In this document: one piece after another, positions 11,370 to 24,100 of the stretch
Layout of the letters: the number at the start of each line of letters is the position of its first letter
Numbering within the stretch: position 1 is the first letter of the stretch
From: Azolla caroliniana
Taxonomy: Eukaryota; Plantae; Polypodiophyta
Length of the DNA: 64,000 nucleotides
Direction of reading: 5' to 3'
Assembly: GCA_043228905.1 (NCBI GenBank)
Contig: JBHGNT010000017.1
Location: forward strand, 16,864,001 to 16,928,000
The notes under the pieces: model-generated
Told to the model about the DNA's origin: nothing
Databases searched by the model: none
Seen by the model: only the letters and a program-made list of their open reading frames with translations
Translations under genes and position numbers: made by a program

Positions 11370-14300
11370 CTACAAATTCCATGGCATACTATTGTAAATA
11401 CATTCATACACATTAGCACCAACAGTGTATAAACCGGAGCAGCTATTGTATTCTGACATTGGGACGTTGATGCATCTGACCAAATGAGAGTACATATACG
11501 CCGCTGGTTTGTCTTCTAACAGCCTGTACACATATTCGTAGTCATCTAGTTTTGCATAAAAAATGCCTTCGATGTAGAATGTCCCGGCAGATACAAAATT
11601 TCCCCATGCATCTACAATATTCTGCCTTGCACACTGTTTACTAACCGTGCACTTTAATATATAGAAATCAGCACCCTCTGAATTGCCTTCTTCAGCATTT
11701 ACAGCGAAGTTATCCCCAACGCTCAGGACATCACTCAAAGTATCTCTAAGTCCCTCATATGTGAAGTCAGCATTCTGCCCTGTTTCTCCATCAACTGCTT
11801 CCTTATCATTCAGAGTGTGATACTCCCAATTCTGAATGTATGCTTTGTTTAGACAATATCTCCAATTTCCCTGCACACAATGGAAGCAAAAACAAGTCAA
11901 TTCTCTAACCGCAATACAATGACCATCCAACCTGGAATAACCGCGAACAGCATGCAGAGATCGCAATTCGGGAATTCCTTGGCACTCCCAGGTCTTCTCC
12001 CTATTTACTTCATCTATCTTCACTTCCCAAAATTCACATTTGATATCTCGGACTTGCGAGGAATAAACACCTGTGGCACTCGTTGACATATTTGTTCTTA
12101 AAAATTCAACTACATGTGATGCACAATTCATGTGCACACCATCTGTCTTTAGTTGTTCATGGGTAAGTGCCCGCTTTATAACAACCCCTGCACCATCATG
12201 TTCACCTTTACCATGGCCAGACCCAAAAAAATTCCATCTCATCTCCAAACCTGTTATAGCAGGATACCTCCCCACAAAATAAAATGGACGTCGAGCCTTG
12301 AATTGTGACGCAGCTCCGTCAGACCAGACCCAATGTTGAGTAAGCTCCAAACGTTGAGCTAATAACCACTGCCAATGTAACTTAAAACAGTGTTGGACGA
12401 ACAAGGTATCATGCTTCTTATCATCGGAAATAAAGAAATGAATTACTTTTTTAACATCACCTGAAACTCGAAAATATGTTATGTGCACAAAAATGGTTAC
12501 CTGAACTGAACACCAATGCATAGATTGAATTTCATTCTGCTGCTTGAAAGTATAATTCTCTGCGAAATCTACTACTGAGACTACTACATCATTTGGGAAA
12601 TCAGATATGCAAGTCTTAAACTGATGGGCCTGCCATGAATAAATGAAGTTGTGTTTAATGAACTTTCCTAGAGATACTACAAACAGAGACACCAAATCCC
12701 TTGGTTTAAGCATCTTTCGAACTAGATCCTTTCTTTTACACACCTTTCCTTCGAAATTGGTGTTCACTGACTCAAATAACTTCACAGAGATCAATATTTC
12801 ACTACTCAATTCATTTGGACACCACCTAAATCTAGTAGGGCCACAATCTTGACATAAACCCATGACACATTTATGAATATGGAAGATAGCGTCAGTTTCT
12901 CTCGGACACAATATTGAATCTAATAAATAACTCATGGAAGAGATAACGTGCTCAGATGATTTACACTCCTCTTGCGGGCTTGATCGACAGATTGGGCACC
13001 CACATGTGCAAACTGTATTAGTTAGGGATACGCTATGGTGACGTAGTAGATTAACAGAGTCCTTCAGAAAACCCATCTGTACATGGTAAATGCAACAACA
13101 TGTGTATCGATCCTTTAAGCGTCTCACAAAGTGTGGCTTAAGAGACTCGAATGTTCGTAGTTGAACTTTGATAGTTGGATGCATTCGTTTGAACCTAATA
13201 AATAAATCGACCTGCGTAATAAAGGGGAATTAGTTATTCTCGTAACTAGCTAACTATCCTAGTAGCTAATTAGCTATTCTAGTAGCTAGTTAGCTATTCT
13301 AGTAGCTAATTAGCTATCATGGTAGCTAATTAGCTGTCCTAGTAGCTAATTAGTTGTCCTAGTAGCTAATTAGCTATCATGGTAGTTAATTAGCTGTCGT
13401 AGTAGCTAATTAGCTATCATGGTAGCTAATTAGCTATTCTAGTAGCTAATTAGCTATTCTAGTAGCTAATTAGCTATTCTAGTAGCTAATTAGCTATCAT
13501 GGTAGCTAATTAGCTGTCGTAGTAGCTAATTAGCTATCATGGTAGCTAATTAGCTGTCCTAGTAGCTAATTAGTTGTCCTAGTAGCTAATTAGCTATCAT
13601 GGTAGCTAATTAGCTGCTCTAGTAGCTAATTAGCTATCATGGTGGCTAATTAGCTTTCCTAGTAACTAATTAGCTATCATGGTAGCTAATTAGCTTGTCT
13701 AGTAGCTAATTAGCTATCATGGTGGCTAATTAGCTTTCCTAGTAACTAATTAGCTATCATGGTAGCTAATTAGCTGGTCTAGTAGCTAATTAGCTATCAT
13801 GGTAGCTAATTAGCTGGTCTAGTAGCTAATTAGCTATAATGGTGGCTAATTAGCTTTCCTAGTAACTAATTAGCTATCCTGGTAGCTAATTAGCTGGTCT
13901 AGTAGCTAATTAGCTATCATGGTGGCTAATTAGTTGTCCTAGTAACTAATTAGCTATCATGGTAGCTAATTAGCTGGTCTAGTAGCTAATTAGCTATAAT
14001 GGTGGCTAATTAGCTATCCTAACTAATTAGCTATCATGGTAGCTAATTAGCTATCATGGTGGCTAATTAGCTGTCCTAGTAACTAATTAGCTATCATGGT
14101 AGCTAATTAGCTGGTCTAGTAGCTAATTAGTTATAATGGTGGCTAATTAGCTATCCTAACTAATTAGCTATCATGGTAGCAAATTAGCTGGTCTAGTAGC
14201 TAATTAGCTATCACGGTGGCTAATTAGCTATCCTAGTAAGCTAATTAGCTATCATGGTAGCTAATTAGCTTTCCTAGTAGCTAATTAGCTGGTAATAACG

Positions 14301-15481
14301 AAATAACAAACTAGCTACCATGATAGCTAACTAGCTTCTAGTACAACTAATTATTTGGTAGTACCTAAATTAGCTATTGAGAATAGCTAATTAGCTATCA
14401 TGGTAGTAGCTATTGAGAGTAGCCAGTTACCTATGTAGTAGCTATCATAGTAGCTAATTAGCTGGTAATAACGAAATAGCTAACTAGCTACCATGATAGC
14501 TAACTAGCTAGCAATACAGCTAATTATCTGGTAGTACCTAAATTAGCTATTGAGAATAGCTAATTAGCTATCATGGTAGTAACTATTGAGAGTAGCTAGT
14601 TACCTATGTAGTAGCGATCCTAGTAGCTAACTAAGGTAAATGTAACTGATAAGCTAATTAGCTTTTCTGCTAACTGAGCTAATTAACTTTCCGAGTAGAG
14701 TCAAAACAAATGTTGAGATAAATGTAAATACCTGAGGTACATCAAGAAGATGAATGGGATGCTCCTCGTATTGATTTCTTCCAACACGTTTCCTGCATAA
14801 ATCCTTTTTATTGGGTGAAACCCTACTCTCATTAGTCCAAAACATTGTGATTACATCCTTGATTTCAAATGTTATGGGTGTCATTGGCTTACATCTTGTA
14901 GTTAGCTTTAGTAGACTAGTTCCTTCACCCGAGGAAATTATACGGTTCATTGTATTGTACACTGTTTTTCTACTAACACCAATTACCTTAGATAGCTCAC
15001 TGATGTTTATATCGTCAACATCACTATTAAGTAACATCATTAGACTAGACCTTTTTAAGACAAGATCATCTTCTGACCTGCTCATGGATACGAAACTATT
15101 ACGAAGATTATTTACTAAAATAGATGATATGTTTGCATTAAGACCATCACAATCAACTAAGTCCTTTATCGATGGATCATTACATATTCCATAAAGTACT
15201 ACCTTCTTTTCTTCATTGCTGATGTGCTTGGTTTGAACATTGAAATAGTCTACAACCTTTCTCTCTATGATGGTAGTCGCATTACTTACATTCTCAGCTA
15301 AACTATCCTTACCTTTACTGAGTGTGGCTTTCGTATCCTTCAACAATTGACGATGTTTCCTTTTTTTTTCTGCCCAATAGTTTCGTATGGCTTGTTGTGT
15401 CCTGATAACATCATCCCTATCCTTATGATCATTGAGGGGTAATTCTAAACACCCTTCTTCCCCTTCCATTTGGCTAGACAT
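11370..15481 (-). CDS. Sola2-like transposase, 2 exons (15481-14732, 13211-11370), ~863 aa, frame intact
   Basis: Motifs TCCCIYH, VVDFAENY..QSMHW, ISDDKKHD, WSDGAASQFK, FFGSGHGKGEHDGAG, CFCFHC; phase-0 GT-AG intron 14731-13212 joins LDVPQ to VDLFIRFKRMHP. Confidence 0.85.
13245..14660. repeat. Second AGCTAATTAGCT array (~20-bp period) inside the transposase intron
   Basis: agtagctaattagctattct / ggtagctaattagctgtcct units in register. Confidence 0.95.
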
Positions 15482-15779
15482 GTTAACCCTAAATTTCCAG
15501 AAAAAAAAACAAGTATTAAAGATGGCTATGGGCAACAACAATACACAAAAATATTCCACACAATACACAAGATTAGACACAACAATACACAAGATAATCA
15601 ATAGACAAAAAAGTTATTGCAATCCAAGACCGAACAGTAGAGGATTTCACTCCGTTGGATCCAACAGTTGAGGAGGCGATCCAAGACCGACCAATGGCAA
15701 CAACTGAGTGTAGAATGTTGTCGTTGGATGAGTGAACTCCGTCAAATCGAAATGTGGAAGTAATCCGGGACTGGACAGT

Positions 15780-16470
15780 AGTGGCAACTGAGTATAGAAT
15801 GATGGCAATGAAGGAGAGAACCCCGTCAGATTGAACAGTTACCGATGATGCTTGAAACGCACATAGAAGGCACTTGAGAATAGAGTGGCATAGAGAAGAG
15901 AACCCCGTCAGATTGAACAGTTACCAATGATGCTTGAAACGCATAGTAGCGGCCCCTGAGTGAGAGTGGAAAAGAGAAGAGAACCCCGTCAGATTGAATA
16001 GCTCTTTGATTATGCTTGGAACGCACAGTAACAACCCCTGAGTGTAGAGTGGCAAAGAGAAGAGAACCCCGTCAGATTGAACAGCTCTTTGATGATGCTT
16101 GGAACGCACAGCAGCGGCCCCTGAGTGTAGAGTGGCACAGAGAAGAGAACCCCCTCAGATTGAACAGCTCTTTGATGATGCTTGGAACGCACAATAATGG
16201 CCCCTGAGTGTAGAGTGGCACAGAGAAGAGAACCCCCTCAGATTGAACAGCTCTTTGATGATGCTTGGAACGCACAGTAATGGCCCCTGAGTGTAGAGTG
16301 GCACAGAGAAGAGAACCCCGTCAGATTGAACAACTCTTTGATGATGCTTGGAATGCACAGTAGTGGCCCCTGAGTGTAGAGTGTCACAGAGAAGAGAACC
16401 CCGTCAGATTGAGCAACTCTTTGATGATGCTTGGAACGCACAGTAGCGGCCCCTCAGTGTAGAGTGGCGG
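15780..16470. repeat. 83-bp tandem repeat, ~8 copies, upstream of the transposase
   Basis: gagaagagaaccccgtcagattgaacagctctttgatgatgcttggaacgcacag...; spurious ORFs offset by exactly 83 nt. Confidence 0.95.
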
Positions 16471-16796
16471 CAGGTGGACTCGATAGGGTTTAGCAACAGT
16501 GGTAGCAACTAACCCACAGTACTCAACTAGAGATGGCCTACGTGATGTGGCAAAGGATCATGCATAATGGACCTAGGAATTCGATATATAATTTATGGTA
16601 CACATTTATGGTGCACACATCAATTTATGTTGCACATTTATGGCACTCATTTACATATGTAATTAAAACACTCTAGTATTTTCAATGGTAGTTTTTTGCA
16701 TACTTAATTTATTAATGATGGCTTTTTACTAAAATGACTATTTATCAATGGTAGCTTTTTGCATAGCTAATTAGCTATGTCAAGGACATAGCTAAT

Positions 16797-16821
16797 TGTT
16801 TCCACTCGTATGCTTCCACCC
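16797..16821 (-). repeat. Right TIR of Sola2-like element
   Basis: tgtttccactcgtatgcttccaccc followed by TTGT. Confidence 0.88.
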
Positions 16822-16873
16822 TTGTGTATTTTCTGAACCTCCTTATTTATATTACATACACACAACTTGCATC

Positions 16874-17694
16874 ATGGAACAAGTTTTGAACACTGTTGGA
16901 GCGATCTCTCTGACCGAGACCTATCCACTCCAATTTGCATCTCACACACAAGTTGAGATCACTATTGAGCAATTGCTCACGGCTACCTTGAATCAATTGG
17001 CCGAAATGAGGCAAGTGAATATGGCTTTGGAGAAGAAATTCCAAGAATTGACTATTGAGTCCAAGAGAGAAGGTGAACCTTCTTTCGTAGTCACGCCATT
17101 CAAGGGAGATAAGAAAGAAAGAACCAAGGAGGTCATTAGCACTTGTCTTGGTCGTTGGGAGTCTCACTTTGAGCTCCATCCCAAGCCCGATGCTGTGAAA
17201 ATTGGTTATGTCGGTCATGAGTTAGGTGGCCGAGCTATTGCTTGGTGGTGCGGCCTAAGGACTGCAAAGAACTTACCCACAACTTTGAAAGGTTTCATCG
17301 ATGTTTTTAAGAAACAGTTCTTGTAGCCACCGTCTCAAACTGAACAAGCACAAACCTTGCTCATGTTGTTGAGCAAGCCATTTACCTCTGCTGAGAATTA
17401 TGCACATCATGCTCGAACCCAGATTCAAAACTCAGGACTTACGGGTGAGAAATAGTTTGTTGCTTGTTTTTGAATGGTATTCCTATTGGGGATTACCATT
17501 GGATTGGCCATGACAAGGACCCCACAACTTTTGAGGAAGCCATCAACAATTTACTTCAATACCATAGGACTTCCAAGTTCATTGGGAAATGTAAGAAATC
17601 CATTGAAACTCTTGACCGCGACTTAAAGAAACCAACCTCTTCTGTGCATATTGCAAGAAGCGGGCCACACAAAGGATACTTGTCAGCGTCTTGA
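16874..17694 (+). pseudogene. Ty3-type gag remnant
   Basis: PFKGD..WESHFE..KIGYVGHELGGRAIAWW..FKKQFL capsid-like pattern, with internal stops. Confidence 0.6.
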
Positions 17695-17749
17695 GAGGAA
17701 GTCAATGAACACCCCTCCTCAATGTTGAGAAGCAAGCTCAACAAAGGTA

Positions 17750-18114
17750 TGTGATGCTTATTAAGAAATAACCTATAGTAGTTATTAGCTAATTAGCTAC
17801 TAGTGGACATAAAGGTGAAACAACTATTTAGCTACTGATAGCTAATTAGCTCCATATGTAAGTGACTTATAACTTAGGTAAAAAGTAAGTAGAAAAGAGA
17901 GTAAGAGTGAGAGTAGAGAAGAGAGTAGTAAAGAATAGAGAACAGAAAACTGATGAGAGCGAGTTGAGCTTTGCGTGTAATCAAATAAAAGAAGCTTTTT
18001 GGTTTGCTAGACAGAGGTAAGTCTCCTTCCCCTTCCTTTTTGTCTTGCGTACTAAACGATCTAGCACATCACGATTCACTGTGCACACAAAAGAGCCGTA
18101 GTGCCTTCGTAACA
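17750..18114 (+). repeat. 5' LTR of a Copia element; PBS (tRNA-Met) at 18115-18125
   Basis: TG...taACA immediately followed by tggtattagag; left boundary approximate. Confidence 0.65.
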
Positions 18115-18248
18115 TGGTATTAGAGTAGAGTTGCTCATAAAGAAGATTAGAGCATTACAAATCTGAGAAGTTTGGTTCTGGTTGCTAATCTAAATCAAAG
18201 AGTTGTCTGTAAAGTTAATCGTAGCAAAAGACCTAATTGAAAGAGAAA

Positions 18249-19371
18249 ATGGTTGTTGAGAATTGAAGCCAAATAGTGACAGAAAAGCTAGATAAAAACT
18301 ATTTCCCTGCGTGGAAATTCAGAATGAAAAATTTCCTGATTGGAAAAGGATACTGGGATTACAATTAAGAAGACCTAGAAGTGGCTCCAGAGATCCCTGA
18401 AGAAAATGCAACTGCTGCACAGATTAAAGCATTTAAGGAATGGAATCTAGGGGCAAGGAAAGTATTGCATTGGTTCTCACTTAGCATCTTAGATTCGATG
18501 CTTGGACACATACAAGATGTTATACTTCCAAAAGAAACTTGGGATAGTTTGGTAAAACTGTTTGCAGTGAACACAAAGGCTAGAAAGCTTCAGTTGAAGA
18601 CTAAGCTAAATACTTTGGAAAAAGGTAAGATGTCAGTGAATGAGTATGCTCTGAAAATAAAGAGCATATGTGAATCACTTGCTTCTATTAATGTGAAAGT
18701 AGAAGATGATGATAAGGTGGAAATATGCTTAAGAGGTTTAGGACCTCAATATAAAAGCTTCAAAACATCTATTCTCACAAGGGATAGCATCCCAAGTTTT
18801 CCAGATCTGGTTTCAATGCTTGTAGTGGAACAAAGAAATCAGATGGATGATCTAAACAAAGGAAACTCTGAGACTGAGGGGCAAGCCCTCTTCAATACTG
18901 CTGGAAGAGGCCGTGGAAGATTTGGTTCAACTAGAACCAACAACAATAGTTATCAAGGAAGAGGACAACAGGTTACAAGTGGAAGAAACAACATCAAAGG
19001 CAAGGGGAGCAATCGAGGTAGAGGTAAGCAAACTTATTTGAATGATGATGGTTGTTGGTATTGTGGAAAACCAGGCCATACATAGGTTGAATGCTATAAA
19101 AAGAAAAATGATGAAAAAAGAGGGAAGAGACAATAAAGTAATTATGCTTCAACCAGTGAAGACTATGATAAAGATGGTGCATTTGTGGTGCAACATGAAA
19201 CAACAGCAATGGCTGAATGTTCACAGAGATGCAATGAAGAGTTTATGTGGTATGTAGATTCTGGGGCATCTAATTATATGACAGGACATGAAAACTGGTT
19301 TGAAAGTCTAAGAGAACCAGAGATTCCTGGTTATGTACAGACAAGTGATAATACTACTCACCAAATAGAGC
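18249..19371 (+). pseudogene. Copia gag-protease, disrupted
   Basis: UBN2-type gag (KLQLKTKL..MSVNEY..LRGLGPQY), zinc knuckle CWYCGKPGH, protease WYVDSGASNYMT. Confidence 0.85.
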
Positions 19372-21016
19372 ATGTTTGTGAAGCCATATGGCTTTGGCGA
19401 CTGTTGCGTGACCTCGGATCGAGGTGTCGACCCTGATCCTGATCTACTGAGACAACATGAGCAGCATTCAGCTCGCCAAGAACCCTGTATTCCATGCTCA
19501 GACAAAGTACATAGAAGTGCATTATCACTTTGTTCGTGAGCGAGTCCTGAGTGGTGAAGTTGAACTTCGGTATATTCCCACAGATCGGCAGGTTGCCGAC
19601 ATCTTCACCAAGTCACTAGGATCCGACAAGTTGCAGCATTTTTCGGACATGCTCAGTATTCAACATCTCGATGTGTTGCACTTGAGGGGGACAAAAGGAA
19701 TTTAAGGGAACGGATGGCACTGGACAAGGAGCCGGAGAGGAAGAAAGAACCAACAAAGTGGGAGTCAAAGGGAAAAAGGAAGCTGAGTCGACAAAGGAAG
19801 TCGGCACATCTGAACAAGTCGGAACGAGCGGTAGAGTCAAGAAGGACAGAGCCGACCGGAAGGAGAAGGCCAAGACCCGTACATGGTCTGATATGGTGAA
19901 GGGCCTAAAACCGGAAGACGAGTTGGAGAACACCGACTCGAACAAGAGCCGGAACAAATTGGGAGCGACCGATGAGGAGAAGACCTGGAACGAATCGAAG
20001 GAAACCGATTCGGTTCAAGATTCGGAGAAGCCGGATCAACTAAAGGCCAAACGGACACAGATGCAATGGAAGTCAACGCCAACACGAAGGAACTGATGGG
20101 TCAGCAAGTGTCGGAGTCGCAATAGTGAGGGAGCTGAAATGGGCCTGTTGAGGAGACAAGCCGACCGAGGAGGTTGAGGTGCGTAGAACCAGAAGGGTCA
20201 CGGCAAAAGGGACCGGACCGGATGAGGAGCGCGAGCTAGGCGGAGTGATGCCAGAAGGAGCTGGGTAGAAGAACCGGCTACCATGAACACTAACACCACG
20301 ATTAGACTTCAAGTTGAGCTTCAGGGGGAGTGTTGAGCGGTAAGCTCAACAGGATCCAGATCGGCTGAATAAGCCTGGGCCGGATCGGTGAGCCGATGAG
20401 CAAGACGGATCGGTGAGCCGATGAACGAGACAGATCGGTGAGCCAGTGAGCCGGTGTCGTGAAGAAAACCGTCCACAAGCGGAATCGGTGCACCAGAGCA
20501 TAGGAACCGGCTCTTCATGCACGTGCGCCTTATGTTGTACATAGGAGATCCTAGGCGGGCAGATTCGGTAGGTAGGAAGTAAAGGGGAAACGGCTCCTTC
20601 CTAGCCTATAAAAAGAAGGAAGACGAGGAGGAGAAAAGGGGATCGCGGAGAGTCGAGGACGAAGTGCTGTCGGTTTGCGTGCGAAGGCTTCTCTCTCTCT
20701 CTCTCTCTTTCTGGTTGCAAACGCCATAGCTTCCTTCTGCGCAGGTTTCGGGAGGCCCGCGCTGCTTTGAGGAATCCCCGAGTGCTTCCGGCAGCACCTC
20801 CAACATACTCATTCCCCTCTGTGCGTTTACAAGAAGGTATCGGCATCTGTTCGCCGGCCTGTTCGGTTGTAACCGACTTCGTGTTTTGTTGTCTTCATGT
20901 TCTTGTTGTTTGTCTTGTCAATACATACATACTTTCGTGTCTTTCTGTGTCGCTGTCCCACTCGCGTCTTTGCGTCGAAGGGCCGTGTCCCTGTGAATCT
21001 ACGCTCGCACGTAGTG

Positions 21017-21054
<38 letters not shown>

Positions 21055-21072
21055 GGAATACCTAGACATATT

Positions 21073-21090
21073 TGGTGAACCCGACGTGAA
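21073..21090 (+). promoter_or_regulatory. Primer binding site complementary to the 3' end of tRNA-Trp
   Basis: TGGTGAACCCGACGTGAA is the reverse complement of the plant tRNA-Trp(CCA) 3' end as recalled; variant copy at 32718-32735. Confidence 0.75.
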
Positions 21091-21113
21091 GGAGGCGGCA
21101 GAAGAGCAGAAGA

Positions 21114-24100
21114 TGAGGGGGTCGGATCTTGCAGAGGCCATGGCTTCGGCCGTGGATCGGATATTGAGCACACGCGAGGGCACCGGTGCCCTCGACAGAG
21201 CCATTGAGGCGATCGTCGGTACGATCGGCCGTTTCAGCGGAAAGGATGCTACGAAGTATTTGGCGTCCTACGGGGCGGAAATGCTGATGCGGGACATTCC
21301 GGAAGAGAGGCGTCTTGCCGGGTTCCCTCGAGTGGCGATGCCGAGCATCCATGTGGAGGTGCTCGAGGTACGGGCGGAGAGCCGTACCTGGGAGGAGTTC
21401 GAAGGCCGACTCCTAGAGAAATATGGGCTGGACGACGCGCTCTGGCTTTCGAAACGGGACTTCATGGAGTGGGTGGAGTCCCCCTGCAAAGGAAGAAACG
21501 CGTCGGCACTCCTCCGGGAGTTCGAAGAACGCTTTGCGCGCCTTTCGGCGCTTGACCGAACCATTCTGGATACGAGCCGGGTCCTACTGTTCGTCAAGTC
21601 GGTGGACGAGCGGGACCGGGATCAAGTCGGCTCCTTGCTGGAAACTGAAGACCGGCTGACAACCGACTGGGCTGCGGTTAAGAGAGTTTGTGGCCGTTTC
21701 GACAAACGGCGAGAATGGGCTGACAACGGGGCGGCCGGTGCGGGCTCTGTTACAGCAAGGAGGCTTGAACCGGCACCGCAAGTGCGAAGGGAAGAAACCC
21801 GGGAATGGCTCGAAGCCGGTCCGGCTTCGACCAGCATGGTCAATGGCTCGTCCGGAGGAGCAGCGCTAGAGGAGTTGACGCGGGCGATAAAGGATGTCCA
21901 GATCGCCCAGACTTGAAGGGAAGGCGGCGAACCGGCTCGTGACCGACGGCCGGCAGCAGGGAACAGGTGCATGTGGTGCGACGAGGTCGGCCACATTCGG
22001 AAGGACTGCGGCGATTTCGCAGAGGCGTTGAGAAACCGGGTGGTGTACCTGTGGGAAGGCCGGGTGTACGCTGGCGACACCAGGAGGGCCCTGAGCCGAA
22101 ACGACCGGCGAGGAGGTATGAAGAGACTGATGGAAGAGGCAGCGGCCCGACACGTGGAGGCCATCCACTACTCGGCGTCAGCCGGTATTCGGGTCGGGGG
22201 CAGCGAGGCCCGAAAGGAGAGTAAAGACGGTTTCTGGTCGGCAATGCTGGAAGGCCTCGCCGGCGCGCGGCTGAGGAAAGATGAAACGGACCGCGCTGAG
22301 AGACAGGTCCGGGAAATAACCGGGTGGAGTGATCCGGTCGAGGAGAAGACGGGCTTCGTAGAAGCCGCTTGCCGGAACTACGAGGCTCTGGTAGAAGAAA
22401 AACGAGTGGGGAAAGCCGGAGCGGCCGGGCCCTCACAACGGTACGAGACCCGATTCGGGCAACGACGGAACGATGCCGGTGGGCCCAGCCCGCAAGATAA
22501 CCTCAGGAAGGGCGGGTACTGACTGGGGACAGAAATAGAAAGGACTACGGACCTACGAAAGGTCCTAGAAGAACGGATCCTCGACAGCAAAGTGGAGCTG
22601 TCATTACGGGAGGTGCTAGGGATCGCCAAGAAGGAGTTCCACGACTCCATTTTAGACTTGGTGAAACGGAAGAGACTGTCGACGGAGACGGAACCGGAAA
22701 GACCGGTGGAGGTGCGGACGACGCACATCGACGACTCGGCGCTGGAAGATGAGTGGGCGGAGAGCCACTATTCGAGGCCACACTGGGCCCGAGCGACCAC
22801 GGAGACCCCGGTAAAGATCGGAGATGTTCAGGAAGCGGTGGTGGCGTTGGTGGACCACGGTTCGGAAATAAACCTAATGTCCATGGACTTCTATAAGAAG
22901 GGAAAGTGGCCGATCAACACCAAGCACGGGTGGAAGATACGGGCGGCGACGCGCGCCACCGAGGAACTGCACGGGGCCTGCCCGAATGTGCGAGTAAAGA
23001 TCGGCGACGTCGAGATTGACCAGCACTTCTTCGTACAGGAGACGTCCTCGCATCCGGTCATATTAGGGGAACCATACATCACGGCGGCGAGAATGGAGAC
23101 CAAGGTGCTGGACAAAGGTTCGGCCTACGCGAGGGTCAAAAGCCAGGACGGGCGCCATTCGGTGCAATTTCTGACGGTGCGGCCGAACCACGAGAGAAAC
23201 CGCGAATCCCTCGGTGGCAAGAGCCGGGAGGATTTTTAGAGAGGGCTGCCAAGGCGTGGGGCCGAGACAGCCCGGACACTCGGAAAAGACCCCACGACTG
23301 TACGATAGGTAGGGGATTTTGCTTCTCCGACAATGGAGGGTGTATGATAGTCGGCACCGTCGGCCGAGAAAAGACAAGGGCGGAAGTGCGACTTCGAGCG
23401 TGCGGAGTTCTCGGCCCGGACGAGGAAATCAGCGGAGCCGTGGAGGCGTCTCCTTCGATGACACCTTGGGAATGCTGAGGAAGGTAGCCGGAGAAGACCT
23501 TAACGAAGACCGGACGATACCAGTATGTTCCAAAGAGATGTACGAAGTCATCGCGAACTTCAGTCGGGGGCTCGGGTCGGATCGGACGGCCCGGGTTAGC
23601 ATGAGGTACAAGATTGTGGACCGGAAGGTAAGGCCAGTCGCGGCACCCTTGCCGGAGGGCAGCGAGTCCCGAATCAGAGGGGTGGCGTCGGACCCCAGTT
23701 TACGAGATCCAGCCTGCGTAGGACACACCTTCACCGACGGAACGCTCCGGGAGCTCAAAATCGGTGGGGGCGGGTTCCTACTGCCGGCGGAGGAAGACCG
23801 GTTTCGGAGAATGCTCAGAAGGCACGGGAAAGCCTTTGCATTCTCACCGGAAGAGATCAGGTGCGTAGACCCGACGATCGTGGAGCCGATGGTGATATTC
23901 ACGGTACCGCATGTACCGTGGAATCTCAAGCCGATTCTAGTACCGAGAGCTCACATCCAGAAGTTGATGGAGCTGTTGAGGCAGAAAGTCGATATGGGCA
24001 TTCTCGAACCGTCGAGTGCCCCATACTCGAACCGATGGTTTACCGTACCAAAGAAAAACGGAACATTGCGCTTCATTCAGGACCTGCAGCCGGTCAACAG

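Larger units (their letters stand above)
5084..16821. mobile_element. Sola2-like DNA transposon, 11.7 kb, with cargo genes
   Basis: 25-bp TIRs (gggtaaaagcatgcgagtggaaaca / gggtggaagcatacgagtggaaaca, 22/25 identical), GRG termini, 4-bp TSD TTGT (5080-5083, 16822-16825), internal DDD-type transposase. Confidence 0.88.

Noticed and set aside
15826-16441. Series of MRSKHHQ ORFs
   Set aside because: Artefacts of the 83-bp tandem repeat
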